DNA of 64,000 nucleotides, from the NCBI GenBank assembly GCA_035221665.1, contig CM069155.1, positions 10,292,001 to 10,356,000 on the forward strand. The letters run 5' to 3'. Source of the DNA: Okamejei kenojei (lineage: Eukaryota). Below are positions 35,618 to 56,669 of the stretch, piece by piece; the stretch's first letter is position 1; each line of letters begins with the position of its first letter. The position numbers and the translations under genes were made by a program. Below the pieces are notes generated by a model, which made no database searches, was not told where the DNA came from, and saw only the letters and a program-made list of their open reading frames with translations.

Positions 35618-38600
35618 AGATCTTGATTGCGGGAGTGATACAATTACATCCATTAATGCCAGAGGAGGTTTACCGGACTGCAACTTTAGTGTTTCTCTTT
35701 ATAACTCCTTTTAATGCAATTTCTGCAGAACTAAAAACATGTTAAAAGTGAACGTTTTGCTGTCAAAATGGTACTAAGAAGTTAATATCAATAAATGAAC
35801 TCTGCGGTTGATCAGTAGGTCGAAACGTGTTCATCTTTTTGAAATCAAAGCAACACCACAACAAGGATCTGGGTTTCTTTAGATCAGTTAATAAAGTGGC
35901 AATTTAGTAATGGCTTATTTCTACTTTTTAGGAATCTATTATCAACACTTCGCTTAAAATTCCACAAGCTTGAAAGTTGCGAATACTTGGTCGATTTTGC
36001 CAAGGTTTGTCCACATTACATATTTATGCCTTTAATGTGGCTTGGTCACGACATAGTGCGCAATACAATCTAAGCTCTGCCACTGATATTTGCCACATCC
36101 AATCTTGGCATTGGAGTATTCTCTATTATTATTTTCAAAAGCTGGCTTAGTAGCACATTCAACAGTTATGGAAACATTGGTAACTGTTCCATCGATTTGC
36201 AATATGCTGAAAACACTATTTTCTCCATTGTAACAGCATTAATATTTCAACCCAAAGCTAAATAATAACTGGAGAAGATTGATTTTTTTTTCTCTATTGG
36301 AGAGAAACAAATTAGAAATAAAACCGTCGAAATTCCCGATCAAAATATCTATTAATTATAGATTACGTTTCCTCTGGTTTTCTCGCGATAAACTTTACCG
36401 CAGTTTTTGTGGGCATGTTTGTTACAAAAATATATGTGGCTGGTCAGTTTGTTTATAGCAGTCGCCTCTTTTCCGCTCGCCCCCATTCACACATACACAC
36501 GCATATATATATATATACAATTTATGCAAGCGGCGTGATTTATAAACCTTCCATTCGTTTCTCTGTCCACAGAACCTCTAAAGGTAATTTGTTTTAAGTT
36601 GAATTCATCAATAACACATTGTAGTCTGATTTTTATTAATTAATCTATAACATAAAAATAAATTATAAATTAAGCCTATTTTCATGAACAAAGTAAAATA
36701 CGCGTTTGTTTTTTTTTAAACTGAGCTATCAGTCGTTAAAAGCTGAATCACGTGTATTTACTGGTTTACCATCAGCCGGTAGATTGCTGGTTGTTCTGTT
36801 TAAGCGGCCTTTAATTTAGAGATAAAACAGTGAAGTCGTGTGAGTATAAATTTTCATTTGTATTAAATATATAGGTGGATCAGCAAAGGACATTACCAGA
36901 AAAATAGACCAGACTTTACTAGGATTACAGGAACGATATCTTTATCGCTGCAAAATTCCAAAGCGAATAGCTTTCTTTGGTGAAAGTGGTGAGCAGAGAG
37001 TTTGGCCGGAATGGGATCGGCCGAAGGTAAGACTTGGAAATGGGTTTCGGGGAACACATTTCGCAAACGATCAGATATTTACGAGGACATATCATTTATT
37101 GAAAAATAGCTTGATAATAAATCATTTGGCGTGTTCTCGTGGAAAAGCAAGCTGACTTCGAATTTGAGTGCCTTGGTAAATATTTGAAGGGAACGTTTCA
37201 AAAGGTGTAAAGCAGGTAAATAAATATAAAGCGTTTTATGAGATTATGGCTACTCGCGCTGGTCAAAAGAAAAGTCCAGAATGTTTGGTGAAGACTTATG
37301 GTGTAATGTCGGGTGTTGTTCTCTTGGAATTCTTAAACGACGGTGACAGTGGCACATTAGTTTCTCTAGCCTCTCATGCGCTCACTGATCCGGAACGGTC
37401 TTGTCTCGCCTAATGGAATCATTAGGCTACCTGTGTGTGAATACGGTGGCTGAGTGGCCTGGCTCCACTTTGACCAATATGATGAATGTTTTCAGCAGCC
37501 TTACGGCATGGTAATAGCCCTTGCGAAATGGGAATGTGTGCACTGCGCACAACAGATGCGACCCTTTGGATCTGCAGTTGAACAGGATTCCTTTGGCGTC
37601 TGGTTAATATCTGTCACTGAACTGTCCAATGATCTGAGCTTTGGGGTGATTGTGTACGAGTTATTTGTTTGGGGTAGCTTTAACATAGATCACTATTGAT
37701 GCTGTCGAAACAAACGCCCTCTTGCTGGTAATCGTGATTTAGCTACATCCCTTAGCATTCACGAACTATGGCAAAATAACACAATTGTGGCACGCATTTA
37801 AACATAAATATTAGTTTCTTTCGTTGCTCGAGTTTCTGGTGATAAAACGATACGCGTGTCATTAGGTTGTTTTGATCATCTCGTCTATTTAAACTTAAAA
37901 AGTAAGGCTGATGAGTCCCAGACAGACTGGCACCAGTGGTCATCTCTGTAGGCAATAGTGCTGTCAATTCGAGCCATGGGACAGGTGTAAATCTAGCTGA
38001 CATTCCACATTTCCACCCTGGGTCCTTACCTGAAGCTAATCTCATTTATTACTGGTAGCGAAACGACTACATTTTTAACACGTTAATCACGAGACTCACC
38101 CCGAATTGTGATAATAAAGGCGCTGCCTATATGCGAAAGGCAGCGTTGCTGAATGCGGCCCGGCTGTACCTAGGACCAGTTACCTGTGCAACCGATCACC
38201 CGCTTTAACCTGGAATGACACATTAACAACCACTAGTAAAACTCATTGTTTTCCTTCTTGCTAATATAGCGTTGGATAGATTTTTGTTAGACATGGAATT
38301 CATAAGAGTGTGGTTTTTTTTTTTTGCAGAATTAAGAGGAAATAACATTTCGAGGAATTCAAGTACTCAAGTACAGAATCCACATGTTAACTTTTTTTTA
38401 TTTGGGGTTTATGCGCCTTTTCAGGCCGCCATCCAAAATGATTTCCTTTTTTTTCATGTGTACACAATTTCCCAAGTAGAAAAACTGAAGTGTTTAATGT
38501 TTTCTGATGCCTTTTATGTGATTATTTTGCTTGAATGAAAAAAAAGTGGCTTTAAAAGTAATGATTTTCCAAGATAAATCATTGTTTTATTGTTGTTATT

Positions 38601-38946
38601 TTTAACTTTAATTTCTGTCTTCTTTTGGTTTTTGACATCTGAGATAGTTCAGTATTGGACCAGTTAGTTATACAAAGCAACGCTCATAATAATGTCCCGT
38701 GGTAAAGCCAGTTTAACGTTCTGTCGTTAAGACAACGTTTATTATATAAAGTTATATGTCTCTAACACTTATCACACTCGTTATTAGATTCTCAACTATC
38801 ATTGTTATCGTATGTGTCGACTTAATTGTTAAGTAATCAGATATTTTAAACGTAAGATTACTGCGGACTAATAGTTGCATTTTACTAACTTCTAAATCCT
38901 ATGCATATTCAATTAAGCGGCTGTGCATGCAAGACTGGTGTCCATT

Positions 38947-39045
38947 AGTCTGAAGAAGGGTCTCGACCCGAAACGTCACCCATTCCTTCTATCCAGTTAT
39001 GTTGCCTGTCCTGCTGAGTTACTCCAGCATTTTTTCTATCTTCCT
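38947..39045 (+). mobile_element. Penelope-like pLTR fragment with intact hammerhead core (38950-38977)
   Basis: agtCTGAAGAAGGGTCTCGACCCGAAACGTCacccattcc...gagttactccagcatttt. Confidence 0.75.
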
Positions 39046-39154
39046 TCTGATTTCTCCCTCACAATCTTCATCGACTCACCCTTCCTCCCTCACCCACCCT
39101 CAAACACGCCACCCTTCCCCAAATTATGCACCCACCCATCCCTCCCGGTGGAAC

Positions 39155-39186
<32 letters not shown>

Positions 39187-42100
39187 CACGTGCATTTATC
39201 TGAAATTGATCACACCTTAACCATATATATTGTGATAAGCAAAGCATGAAACGTTGCACCTTGGCTAGCGTTGTATTACAAACAAGAATCTAATTACATC
39301 TCCGACACAAACACCGCACGTATCAGGGCACAAGGTCCCTAACTATGGTACAAGTCCACTACGTAAAACCGTTGGGGATAATATATACTTTTACGCTCTA
39401 GAAATGAGTAGTTGGCGAAAAAAGAGGTTAACAGAAATGCAACATTCTTCTTGCAGTTAAACTGCAATGTCTTTATTTGAATCATGTGACTTTGCGTTGA
39501 AAGAAAACTATAAGCGTTGTGAGTGCCGATGGTGATTATGAATCGTTCTCAAAGATGTGCTCAGGCATGAGATAATGAGGGCCGTGATCGCCCAGATCCC
39601 TTTACCTTTTCCCAGGATTGAAGCTGTCGCCAATGTACAAAACGACAGTGTAACAGTGCACCACGCTACTCACATCCAATTTGTTCTGTACAAAAGCTGA
39701 TCCCCAAATCCGCACTAACAAAGCGGTACTCGGAGACAAATCATATAATGTTCAATGTTATTCATTTTCTACTAATTAACTGGAATCCCACCTTTTCTCA
39801 TATAGTCTCCAATTAATGTGCAATGTATGTCAGAGGTCGTTAGACTTCCAGTAAACCTTTGTTGAGATTTTGGCTCCGTCTCTATATTGATCTTATTAGG
39901 GCATTTCTTCTTCGCGCAAAAGGCCGTGAAGAGATTTCCCCCCCCCCCCCCCCCACTGCCTCGGTCTTTAACTTGAAGCGTTGATAATAGGATTCGTGTC
40001 TGGGCTCAAAGTTTAAAGCAATGTCGTGGTTGTTTGCTGGGTAGGTCAAAACACAACACAGCAGAGTAATTTGCCATTCGGATAATATCCGGTACAGCCA
40101 AACAATTTTCAGTTGAAGCAAATCTAATTAACACGGAGATAATTTAGATTCGACCATACGAATATAAAGTGTAATTTATGTTACATATGCCTTATGAGCC
40201 ACAATACTAATGCATTTAATTCGCGCAAACTATGAGTCGAACACTTTTCAAATCAGCTTTGCCTTGAATGTCGCATGTTCTAATTAACAGGAGGCTGGCA
40301 GCTTATCTGCATGTAGGAGGCATGAAACAGAATGTGTTTCAAAAGATCATTTCTCGTGGCGAGGTTACAGTGATAGAAAGGCGCCATTGGGGAAACTGAG
40401 AACAAAAAAAAAATGTTTTTTTTCTCTATTTTACCCTTTCAGCTATCGGGCCAGTCTAACGTTATAAAATAGATTTTCCAGACTGCCCTGACGTTAGATT
40501 GAGAGCGCGCGACCTTTGAATTGATTAAGGCTAACCCGTCGAAAATGACATTACGTAGGCCATTCAATTCGATCAGTTTTGCTTCTAATGCACAAGAAAC
40601 CTACCAAAGAAAACAAGCACGTCAGGACTAAATAAATGGCCGTGTCGTCGCAGCCTGACTACACTAATAGTGGGATTTAAAACTTTTCTTTGAAACTGCT
40701 GCTGGTCAGAATTCCAAACTATGAAAACCATGGAAGGTTTAATAATAATGTTATAATTTGAGGTGTTGAAGCCGCCAGCCTCTACTTTAAACATTTCAAT
40801 TGAAACGGTTACAACAATATAATTAATCAGTTTGATTGACGCTCATATATCATCGGTGCAACTAAATAGTCCCATGGAAATTATTGTCACACTGGCGAAA
40901 GGCGAACCTACAACACAGAAAGTGAACTTCGGGTGAACTTTTTTTTGTATAGAATGAGCCCTTGCATTAAAGTAGAACCCGTAGGTAGAACACGTTTGAC
41001 ACAAACAGTGTACACTGGGCAGTAGCTAGATGAGAGTGCTTATTTGTTTTTTGGGGTATTTTTTTCTCGCTTCTGTTTAATTGACAATTAGGTAAAAAGA
41101 AAACAAAAAATGAATATTTTGCAAAGATTGAAAAAAATCCATTATTATACTGATCGGATATAAATTTTTTTTTTCAGACTAATGGCAGGAATGGTTGTTT
41201 AAGCGTAGAAGTAAATCTACCTTTCGCCTGTGAAATTCTGGGTTGAGAAAACAGGAAACTTCAAGACAGCGCCATCAAGCGATAGGCGGCTGTTCTTTCT
41301 CAAGGGAGCAATTTGACTAGAAAGGCATCACAGGATATTTTAGAGCAGTTATTTGCATCAGGAGATTTAAAGCGACCCCCCCCCCCCCCCCCCCCCCCCA
41401 CCCCCCCGATTTACCCAAGCAAACATACTCCCGTTTACCAATAATTTGTACCTGAGATATTATTTTAATATATGATGTAAAATCACCGAATCAGTGGATA
41501 TAGTTCTAATGTCATTTTAGGACTTCCCGGGTAATATTTGCATTCCTTTCAACTAGAAAAAAACCCCATTATTAACCTTTCACTAATATGACGGTGACAA
41601 GCTTTTGTTCTCACTGGCTACAACTATTTTAGTCGTGTAAACTCGAAGCGAGGTGTTTCTTTTCAGCAACACACCCGCGACCTGGTGCACTTAAGAAGTG
41701 TGCAGTTATATATGTCACACATCTAAACGACCTATATTTACACCTGCCGAGTGATGATGGACCTAAGTGCATTGCAATTATGTGAATTGTAAATCTTTTC
41801 CGTATGTTTAAAAAAACAGGAGGATCATCTGTGTTTAATAAATCCTATCAACACGCCGTGCTGCAAACAATGCGGCGCGCCGCACCGATCACCTTGTTTT
41901 AGACAATTTACATAAATAAATATATTGATGGTCAGTGCTGTAAAGGGAAGCACAACGGGCATTCTGCGTGTGTTATGGGCGTGTGAATTCCGGCAAAGAC
42001 CTCGTTAAACATGTCCAGTCTTCCTGGTTTCTACAAAGTTATCTATGATAGCAGGTAGATTAATCCTAACCTAATCAGTCTCTCATTTTCCCTCTCCCCC

Positions 42101-43631
42101 ACTGCATCTAACACTTTAACATTATGCACAATACTTGTGCTTCAGTAGGTCACTGTTAAAGTTAGCACCGTCTTTTAATGGTGTTAATATATTCAGCACG
42201 CGCGCTAATTCGTTCTGGGAATTAGTAGTTAATGGTCACTAAAGGTATACATACAATCGTCCCCTTCCCTTGCTTACGCGAGGCACCCTCTTGCTTACTT
42301 GCATTGTGAGCGTGAAATTGTAGTTAAAGGTTCGTTTAGATCATATTCGCATGTTTACTTAAAGCACATGAATTACCGTCCTATTTGTGTTCTGCCTTTT
42401 TGTTCATGGTTGGAGGTTGCATCGGGTACACGGGCAAATCATATCATGTTGGCAGTATATTTCATTTATATTTGTGGTAACTGACTATCGGCATTTAAGT
42501 AGCAACTGATAATGTTGTGATACACTCTGTTCTCGCTCGGTTCAAGCGCTGCAATATACTTCTAACGTCAGTACTTATGATATGAACAGAGATAGGCGGT
42601 GTCAAAGTGTAAACAATCAGGAATTAACTGTACTGGTCCTGGCTGTTTAGTCATTTTTTTACTTTTTAATCTTTGCAATCATCTGATTATATTATTGAAA
42701 TTGGCGAATGTAGGCTTACTCGGTAAACTCGGCGTAATAGTGCAAAACGGAACAAAATGCCTATCAGGTGCAAAGAAAAAAATGGCATCAATTATCCAGG
42801 CAGCTCAAGTCACTCAGGGTAGACCCAGATATCACCTCTGGTCACAACTGGTTAAAATGCATCTTAAATCTCTGTGCAAGACAATTGAACATTTCACAAG
42901 TTGTTCAAATATTCCCAAGTATTTTGTTATTTTAATATACCATATTTATGAAACCTGATATATTATTTGAGGATTTCTCAAAATGCATGTTATTTCCCTA
43001 CTTGTTGATATTTAAAGGCACAATAATAAGATTAATGTTTAAATACTCAGATTAAGAAAGAAATGCTCCCAATTTGCTGATTAGTATGTTTACTTGCTTA
43101 TTCACTCCATTTATAAAAAAACAAAGATTGGGTAATATTTATCCAAACAAATTAAACAAACCAGCACTATTTGATGCTATCCACTTATTCAGTCTTATTT
43201 TCCTTCAAATTATGGTAGACAAAAGCAAATCCCGCACTTTGTGTCTGTCTTCTGTATTTATTCTATATCACTTCAATAAACTGTTCTGAATTAATTAAGT
43301 CAACGGGTATTTTCAGTTTGAACTTGTTTGATATGTGCTGCATATTCTTAGCCATTGATTGTAACACATACAATAATTATTAATTGATGATGTGCAGAGG
43401 ATTAATAAAGGATGCAGCAAAAATCTTTTACATAAAAATATCAGAAGCACATTTTCAGTTTGTTGGATTTGCCTTTAATTAATTATCATTAATTCTACCT
43501 CAGCTGTGCCAATGGGCAATGCAACAATTACAGCAATGTCAAATTATGTCACGCTGGTAGAAGCAGTTTATTCCCATATGTGCTTGCAACACATAAAGGA
43601 CCAACACATATCACAGCATTGTAAATAAATG

Positions 43632-43763
43632 NNNNNNNNNNNNNNNNNNNNNNNNNNNNNNNNNNNNNNNNNNNNNNNNNNNNNNNNNNNNNNNNNNNNN
43701 NNNNNNNNNNNNNNNNNNNNNNNNNNNNNNNNNNNNNNNNNNNNNNNNNNNNNNNNNNNNNNN
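43632..43763. other. assembly gap
   Basis: N run. Confidence 1.
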
Positions 43764-46700
43764 TTTCACTGTTCATATATAGATATCATCCAACTAAATA
43801 CAGTTAGAAAATTGCCTTACATGAGGCTAAAGTAAATTAGTGGTTTCACCTTTCATTGTAATGTCTATACATTTTTTAAATAAATGTCAGACTTTTTGCA
43901 ACAAAGCTTCCTACAAAGAATACCAGTGGCAATGCAGTGTTGCCACAGATGTCAAAATAGTGAACAATGCTACCTGTCTCGAGCAAGCATTTGAATGAGA
44001 CATGTAACAAGTCCCATTGCAAGCTTTTTTGGTGCCTGGATATGTTCATCAATATCTGAATAGCATTCTTCATCATGCTGTTGACAAATGATTCCAATAT
44101 GATATTGGATTTACATTATATGTCATCTTACATATTTACATTATATGTAAGATGAACTTACTTCCTCGAAGAAGGACATTAATACTGGTGGGGAGCCAAT
44201 GGTTCATTCTTTAATTAAACTCATATTCTATTGTATAAGAAGATTACACAGATACGAGGCATTTGCAAGATGAGCTTGCCTCAATAAATTTACTTGAGCA
44301 ATTATTCCTTACATTTTTAGGATAAATAATATTTATCAGTGTTGATACCATGTTACTAATTCTTCACCAGTTAGAGCACAGAGGGTGGGTTTGATTAAGG
44401 TATCATTCTTGGAATGAAATAGATTTGATTTTTTTCTTACACAGGCTAAGATCCAGACATTTCGGATATGGGGCTCCTTGCTTTTGCTTCAACTCAATTA
44501 GATCGGTTGCTTACATTTCCAGACATGCAATAGTCAGAAGGAGATTAATATTTCAACATTGCCGAAGCTTCTGTGAGAAGCTGCTGAAAACGGTTGCAAG
44601 TGTCAGGCAGGCTGATTCAGTGAGCAGGCAAAAATGTAAAGTGTTTGGTGGAACTGAAATCAGAGGCAAACTTCACCAAGTGATATGCAATTACAAAGCG
44701 TTGCTATCTGAAAACAAAATTGCAAATACATTTGGCAAAGCACTTTACTAAGGTAACAAATGAAAAAAACAAGTTAGCTATTTAAAAATCACACAAATTA
44801 TTGCTAGTAAACCCACACCAAACACCAGTCACTCTTTCTGCACTTATTACGCCCTTTTGTTGTAAGATGATTCGGGTCACCCCCGTCGAAAAAAAAAGAC
44901 ATCTATTGATCCCTATGGCATGTAAAACATCTGCTTAAAATTTGCTTAGTTAAAAACAATCACCAATAATTGCTGTCAGTTCCAAAAGAGCGAATGCCTA
45001 CAAGGCCATGTGTACCTCTGCGCTGCCCCGTGCAAGTAACTATGTTACGAAATACGTATCAGAGAAGGTTTGTTTCAATCTCTACCGCATCAAGAAAACA
45101 CCGCAAAAGATTACTTTATAAGTTCGCGGCTTCTGTGTGCTTGTGTGAGTTCTGTCACCACTTACCTTCGAAAAATCAATCTAAGAATTTCAACACAAGC
45201 TGATTGGTGCGACTATAAAACACAATTTGATGGTAAAATGAGATAAAAAGTCACCTTGCCGTTTAAAGTGGTAGGTCTTGTCATACTCGATCTACGAGAA
45301 ACGCATCAGCAATAATGTTGCCGGCAGTTCTTAATGTATCAGCCCTTTCTTTGCACAGCGGTTCTGTAGCAAAAAGCACACAAAGAAAGCATTGATACAG
45401 TAGTTAGTTACCTTAAATAAGTTACGCACGGAAACTCCACTTAGTTAAATTTCCACAAGCAAGAAAATATATATTCGACTGTCATCTCATCGCATTGTCC
45501 AAATCATTATTTGGTTTAAAACGTAATTAGGACTGTTATGCTTAGAAATTGTTGATCATTATCCAAAGGCTACTTGGATATTTCGCCAGAAAACATGTTC
45601 CTAAATGAAAATTGACAAACGGATGATCACACGTAACGTACGGCGGTTTGTGAAAGGCTTACACCAGCTGGCGCCAACATCCGTCTATAGCCCAAAAATA
45701 ATGCAGCAGGCTCTTCCAGAGAACGTGAGACAACTGTTGACAATTGGGACAAAATTCGTGCCTTGCACGATCGATAATCGTGATCGATAATTGAAGTGGC
45801 TGTCAAGAGAACAGCGAGCTCGGTTCGAGCGTTGTTTCAATTTAATGACGATCCCGAAGGAGAGCACTGCTCGCAGAAGTTAGAAATTAAGTTCATGAAC
45901 TTTATCATAACTGTGAAGTTTTTTACAGCGTTGGAAAGAATCAGGAAGCCACGGCGGTACGTTTAGTTGTCGGGGGGAAGGACACACACGAGTTCAACGA
46001 TTAGCAGGCGTGTAGCAGGGGGAGAAGATATGTGGTCACTTGCACAATGAACGGGGCTGTTTTGATAAGGGGAAGGGGGAAAGTGCAGTAAATGGCGAGA
46101 AGGGCAGTGGGAGTCTGAAAACGACAACAAGATTAACAGACTGAAGACAGAAAGGGAGATCGCACTGGGAGTCGGCAACAATCACGATGGCCAACTCCGC
46201 GTTGCATGCAAACTGCCATTTATTATGCAATATGGCAGATGCCGCTCCAATGCGCTGTAACAGCCATTACTGCTGCCTTCAGTTAAAAGCAGAGCATGAA
46301 AAATAGTTATTTCAAAGGACAACCGGTGGAGAATATCTACGATAAATTATTATTGACAGACGTCCCAATGTAGTATCAACAAATGTGCTGATTATATCTG
46401 TTTTGCTGCCTTGCAACACAGTTTCTCAGGCGTCCAGCGTACATGGCGCACATATACACGTTGATTACAAATACATCTATAATTTGGCGGGTTATCGGTT
46501 TTATGTGAACTTTGCAATAATTACGCGGGTGCTAAAAGTAAGTTATTTTTACTGGTGTGAATTCACGTTTATTTTAATATTTGGGCTCCCGCCACACGCT
46601 CGAGTATTCTCGCACCTGCATTGATATAGGATTACAATAGCGGTCAGTTCATTACAACTGGCCGTCAGCAGAATAACAAAAGGCGCCGCAGTGTAAACTT

Positions 46701-47686
46701 ATTTAGTAACACGTTCGGTTCGCTTGGAATGGCTCGCGAATGGACAGAAAAGCTTCGGAAGGAATAGGCATGTCATCGGCACTGGTTGGACCTCACACAT
46801 ACCAACAGAATATTTACAAGAAAGTTGCCAATGAAAACGTGACCGCTCTCTCAGATAAACAGTAATCAACAAACCTCTGTATAATTTCGAGCTATAGCTC
46901 TGTCTGCATATAGTTAATGAAGTGAGGTGTCTGGTTGCCCAGCCACTTCAGAGCCGTTTGGTGCTGGCGTAAATGCTTTCAAAGCCCATTTTAATTTTCA
47001 CATCAGTGCACTTACTACAGTTAAAGCTCTGACGGCTAACAAGTAGCTTGCGGTATTGGCGAATGTTTAACTAAGATGGCTAGCCATCAATTCCCTTTTG
47101 TTTGCTCGCAAATTAATCATCCTATACGGAGTTGGCGCCAGTGTAGATTTATCACACACGGGAGGGTGAATGAGTCGGGCGAGGAGAGACAAAGGGAGTT
47201 CGCACCTTCCTGCTTTTGATCCTAGATTAGTCCACCCTAACGCTTCATAATATGAGTCTCCAGAGTGCTTAGTCTGGGAGGTCAGCCATAATTGGCGGAA
47301 GTTAAAGCAAACGTTTTAAAACGTTACATTATATCGCATATTTCATAGATATTTATAACTTCGACTGACTCACTTCCAACACAATATTCTAGAAATAATA
47401 ATCAATTTGTAAAGACTACATCCCAACACAATCCGATCTCTTTTTTTGGCAATGATACTGTTATATGGAATGTTTAAAATGGTGATTATAAGTTAAAGAA
47501 AGCAGAGATCCGAGCAGGACCTCTCTTTGTCAAGATGTCAAACAAAAATGCGCACGCATAGGTTCAGGGGAACTCGCCTTGAACAGACCCTGACGCATCC
47601 AATTCTCCACAGGTCAGACAAGTGCTGTGCGTTAGACATCCGCGGCAGAAGGAAGGAGCCAAAGGGCTCACAACACCACAGAAGCG

Positions 47687-47719
<33 letters not shown>

Positions 47720-47731
47720 AGAGACAGAGAG
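47687..47731. repeat. (GA)n microsatellite upstream of tbx3
   Basis: Direct reading; a second (GA)n plus G-run at 48066-48126. Confidence 0.9.
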
Positions 47732-48599
47732 CAAAACAAAAACCGGGATACAAATAAAACGACGTTAGATCGTTGGCTACAACCGCGGAGGATGGTGTTG
47801 GTCAGAGCGAGCTATTCGTCAGGGTTATACTCACAGATCAGGGAGGCGATATTTTGGGGGGGTTTTAAGCGAAAAGTGATACGCGGCGGTAGTTACAACT
47901 CGACGTCAGCGAGCTGGCGCCGAGCGCCCTTAAACATGTGCGTCCAAAATGCAATGTTACAAGAGCTAATCACTTTAGATGTTCCGCTCCTATCTCCGTG
48001 CGTTTAGCCGATGGGATTGCTTAGCAGTTACAAATCTTTTTGCAGCAGCACTCCGATAGAGCGAAAGAGAGAGAGAGAGAGAGAGTGAGAGGGTGGGGGG
48101 GGGGGGGGGGGGGAGAGAGGAGAGAGCCCTTGGTCTTTTAGCAAGTGAGCCCATTAGGCGCCATGTCCTGATAATTAAATCACCTCGTTAAATGAGGCTA
48201 TTCGTTGTTGTTTGAAAGCGTGGCCAATAAATAAATAAAATCTAAGCACTGCGGCCTTGCTTGCTTTTGTGAAAACGCACTAATCGCTCTCTGCCGCAGA
48301 GGCCCGGGGAAGAGGGCAAAGCAGCACAAAATGAATATATATATATATTACCAAAAAAAAAAACCCCTAATATTGAATATAAATAAAATGGTAATGGCCC
48401 AAGCTGGCGTTTGTAGGCGGCAGATTGTTGAGGAGGGAGCAGTGATGTTTCGGAAGCGAAAGCACGTAACGTAAGAGCAGGGATGGGGCAAGTGGGGCCG
48501 GTTGACCCGCTGATTTACTCCAGCTTTTTGGAGTCCGTCTCCGAGCCGGGCTTGCCTGCGAACAGAGATGATTTCTTGTCGATTTCCTGGTACTCGGTG

Positions 48600-48900
48600 G
48601 CGTAAAGGGCACCTGAGGCGGCGCAAGGCACTCCCATTGGTTATCGCCCACTCCATTACCCCCCCCCCCCCCCCCCTCCCCCTCCCTCCCTTCCCCCCCC
48701 CCCCCCCCCCCCCCCTCACCCCCACCCTCCCATAATGATGTTGACATATTCACACGGCTGAAGTAGTGATGCTCGCTGTACGTTACAGTTTCCGACACCT
48801 TCTTTTTATAACTCATCTATCCCCGGCTTTAGTTGTCAAAACCACGCCTATGGAGCCACACAATTGGTCCGAAAGCGTCAAATAGCCAATCAACAGGGCT
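48600..48900 (+). promoter_or_regulatory. tbx3 proximal promoter candidate (CCAAT boxes, GC/GT box, C-rich tract)
   Basis: ATTGG 48636-48640 and 48863-48867, AGCCAATCA 48884-48892, CCACGCC 48842-48848, CpG-rich context 200-500 bp upstream of the ATG. NF-Y/Sp1 control is known for the mammalian TBX3 promoter. TSS not determinable from sequence. Confidence 0.65.
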
Positions 48901-49095
48901 CAGCTATTCGCAACACGCACACATACACACACACACATAGAGAAAGATCAGAGTGGACTGTTTGGAGAGATGCGTCTCGGCTCTGCCACCGCCAACCAGT
49001 CTTACTTTCTGTTAATGTGAGGAAGAGAAACAATAATATTATCAACAAAAATGCCCCGCTTATAAGTGATCGTGCCACAGAGATCTGGAGAGTGG

Positions 49096-56669
<7,574 letters not shown>

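Noticed and set aside
39210-39217. Perfect T-box half site TCACACCT as an autoregulatory site
   Set aside because: A single 8-mer is expected by chance in 64 kb.
44109-44155. 13-bp hairpin with a local duplication
   Set aside because: AT-rich slippage or template-switch scar with no further support.
49066-49095. Upstream GTG start for tbx3 given in the ORF track
   Set aside because: Homology with vertebrate TBX3 begins at ATG 49096.
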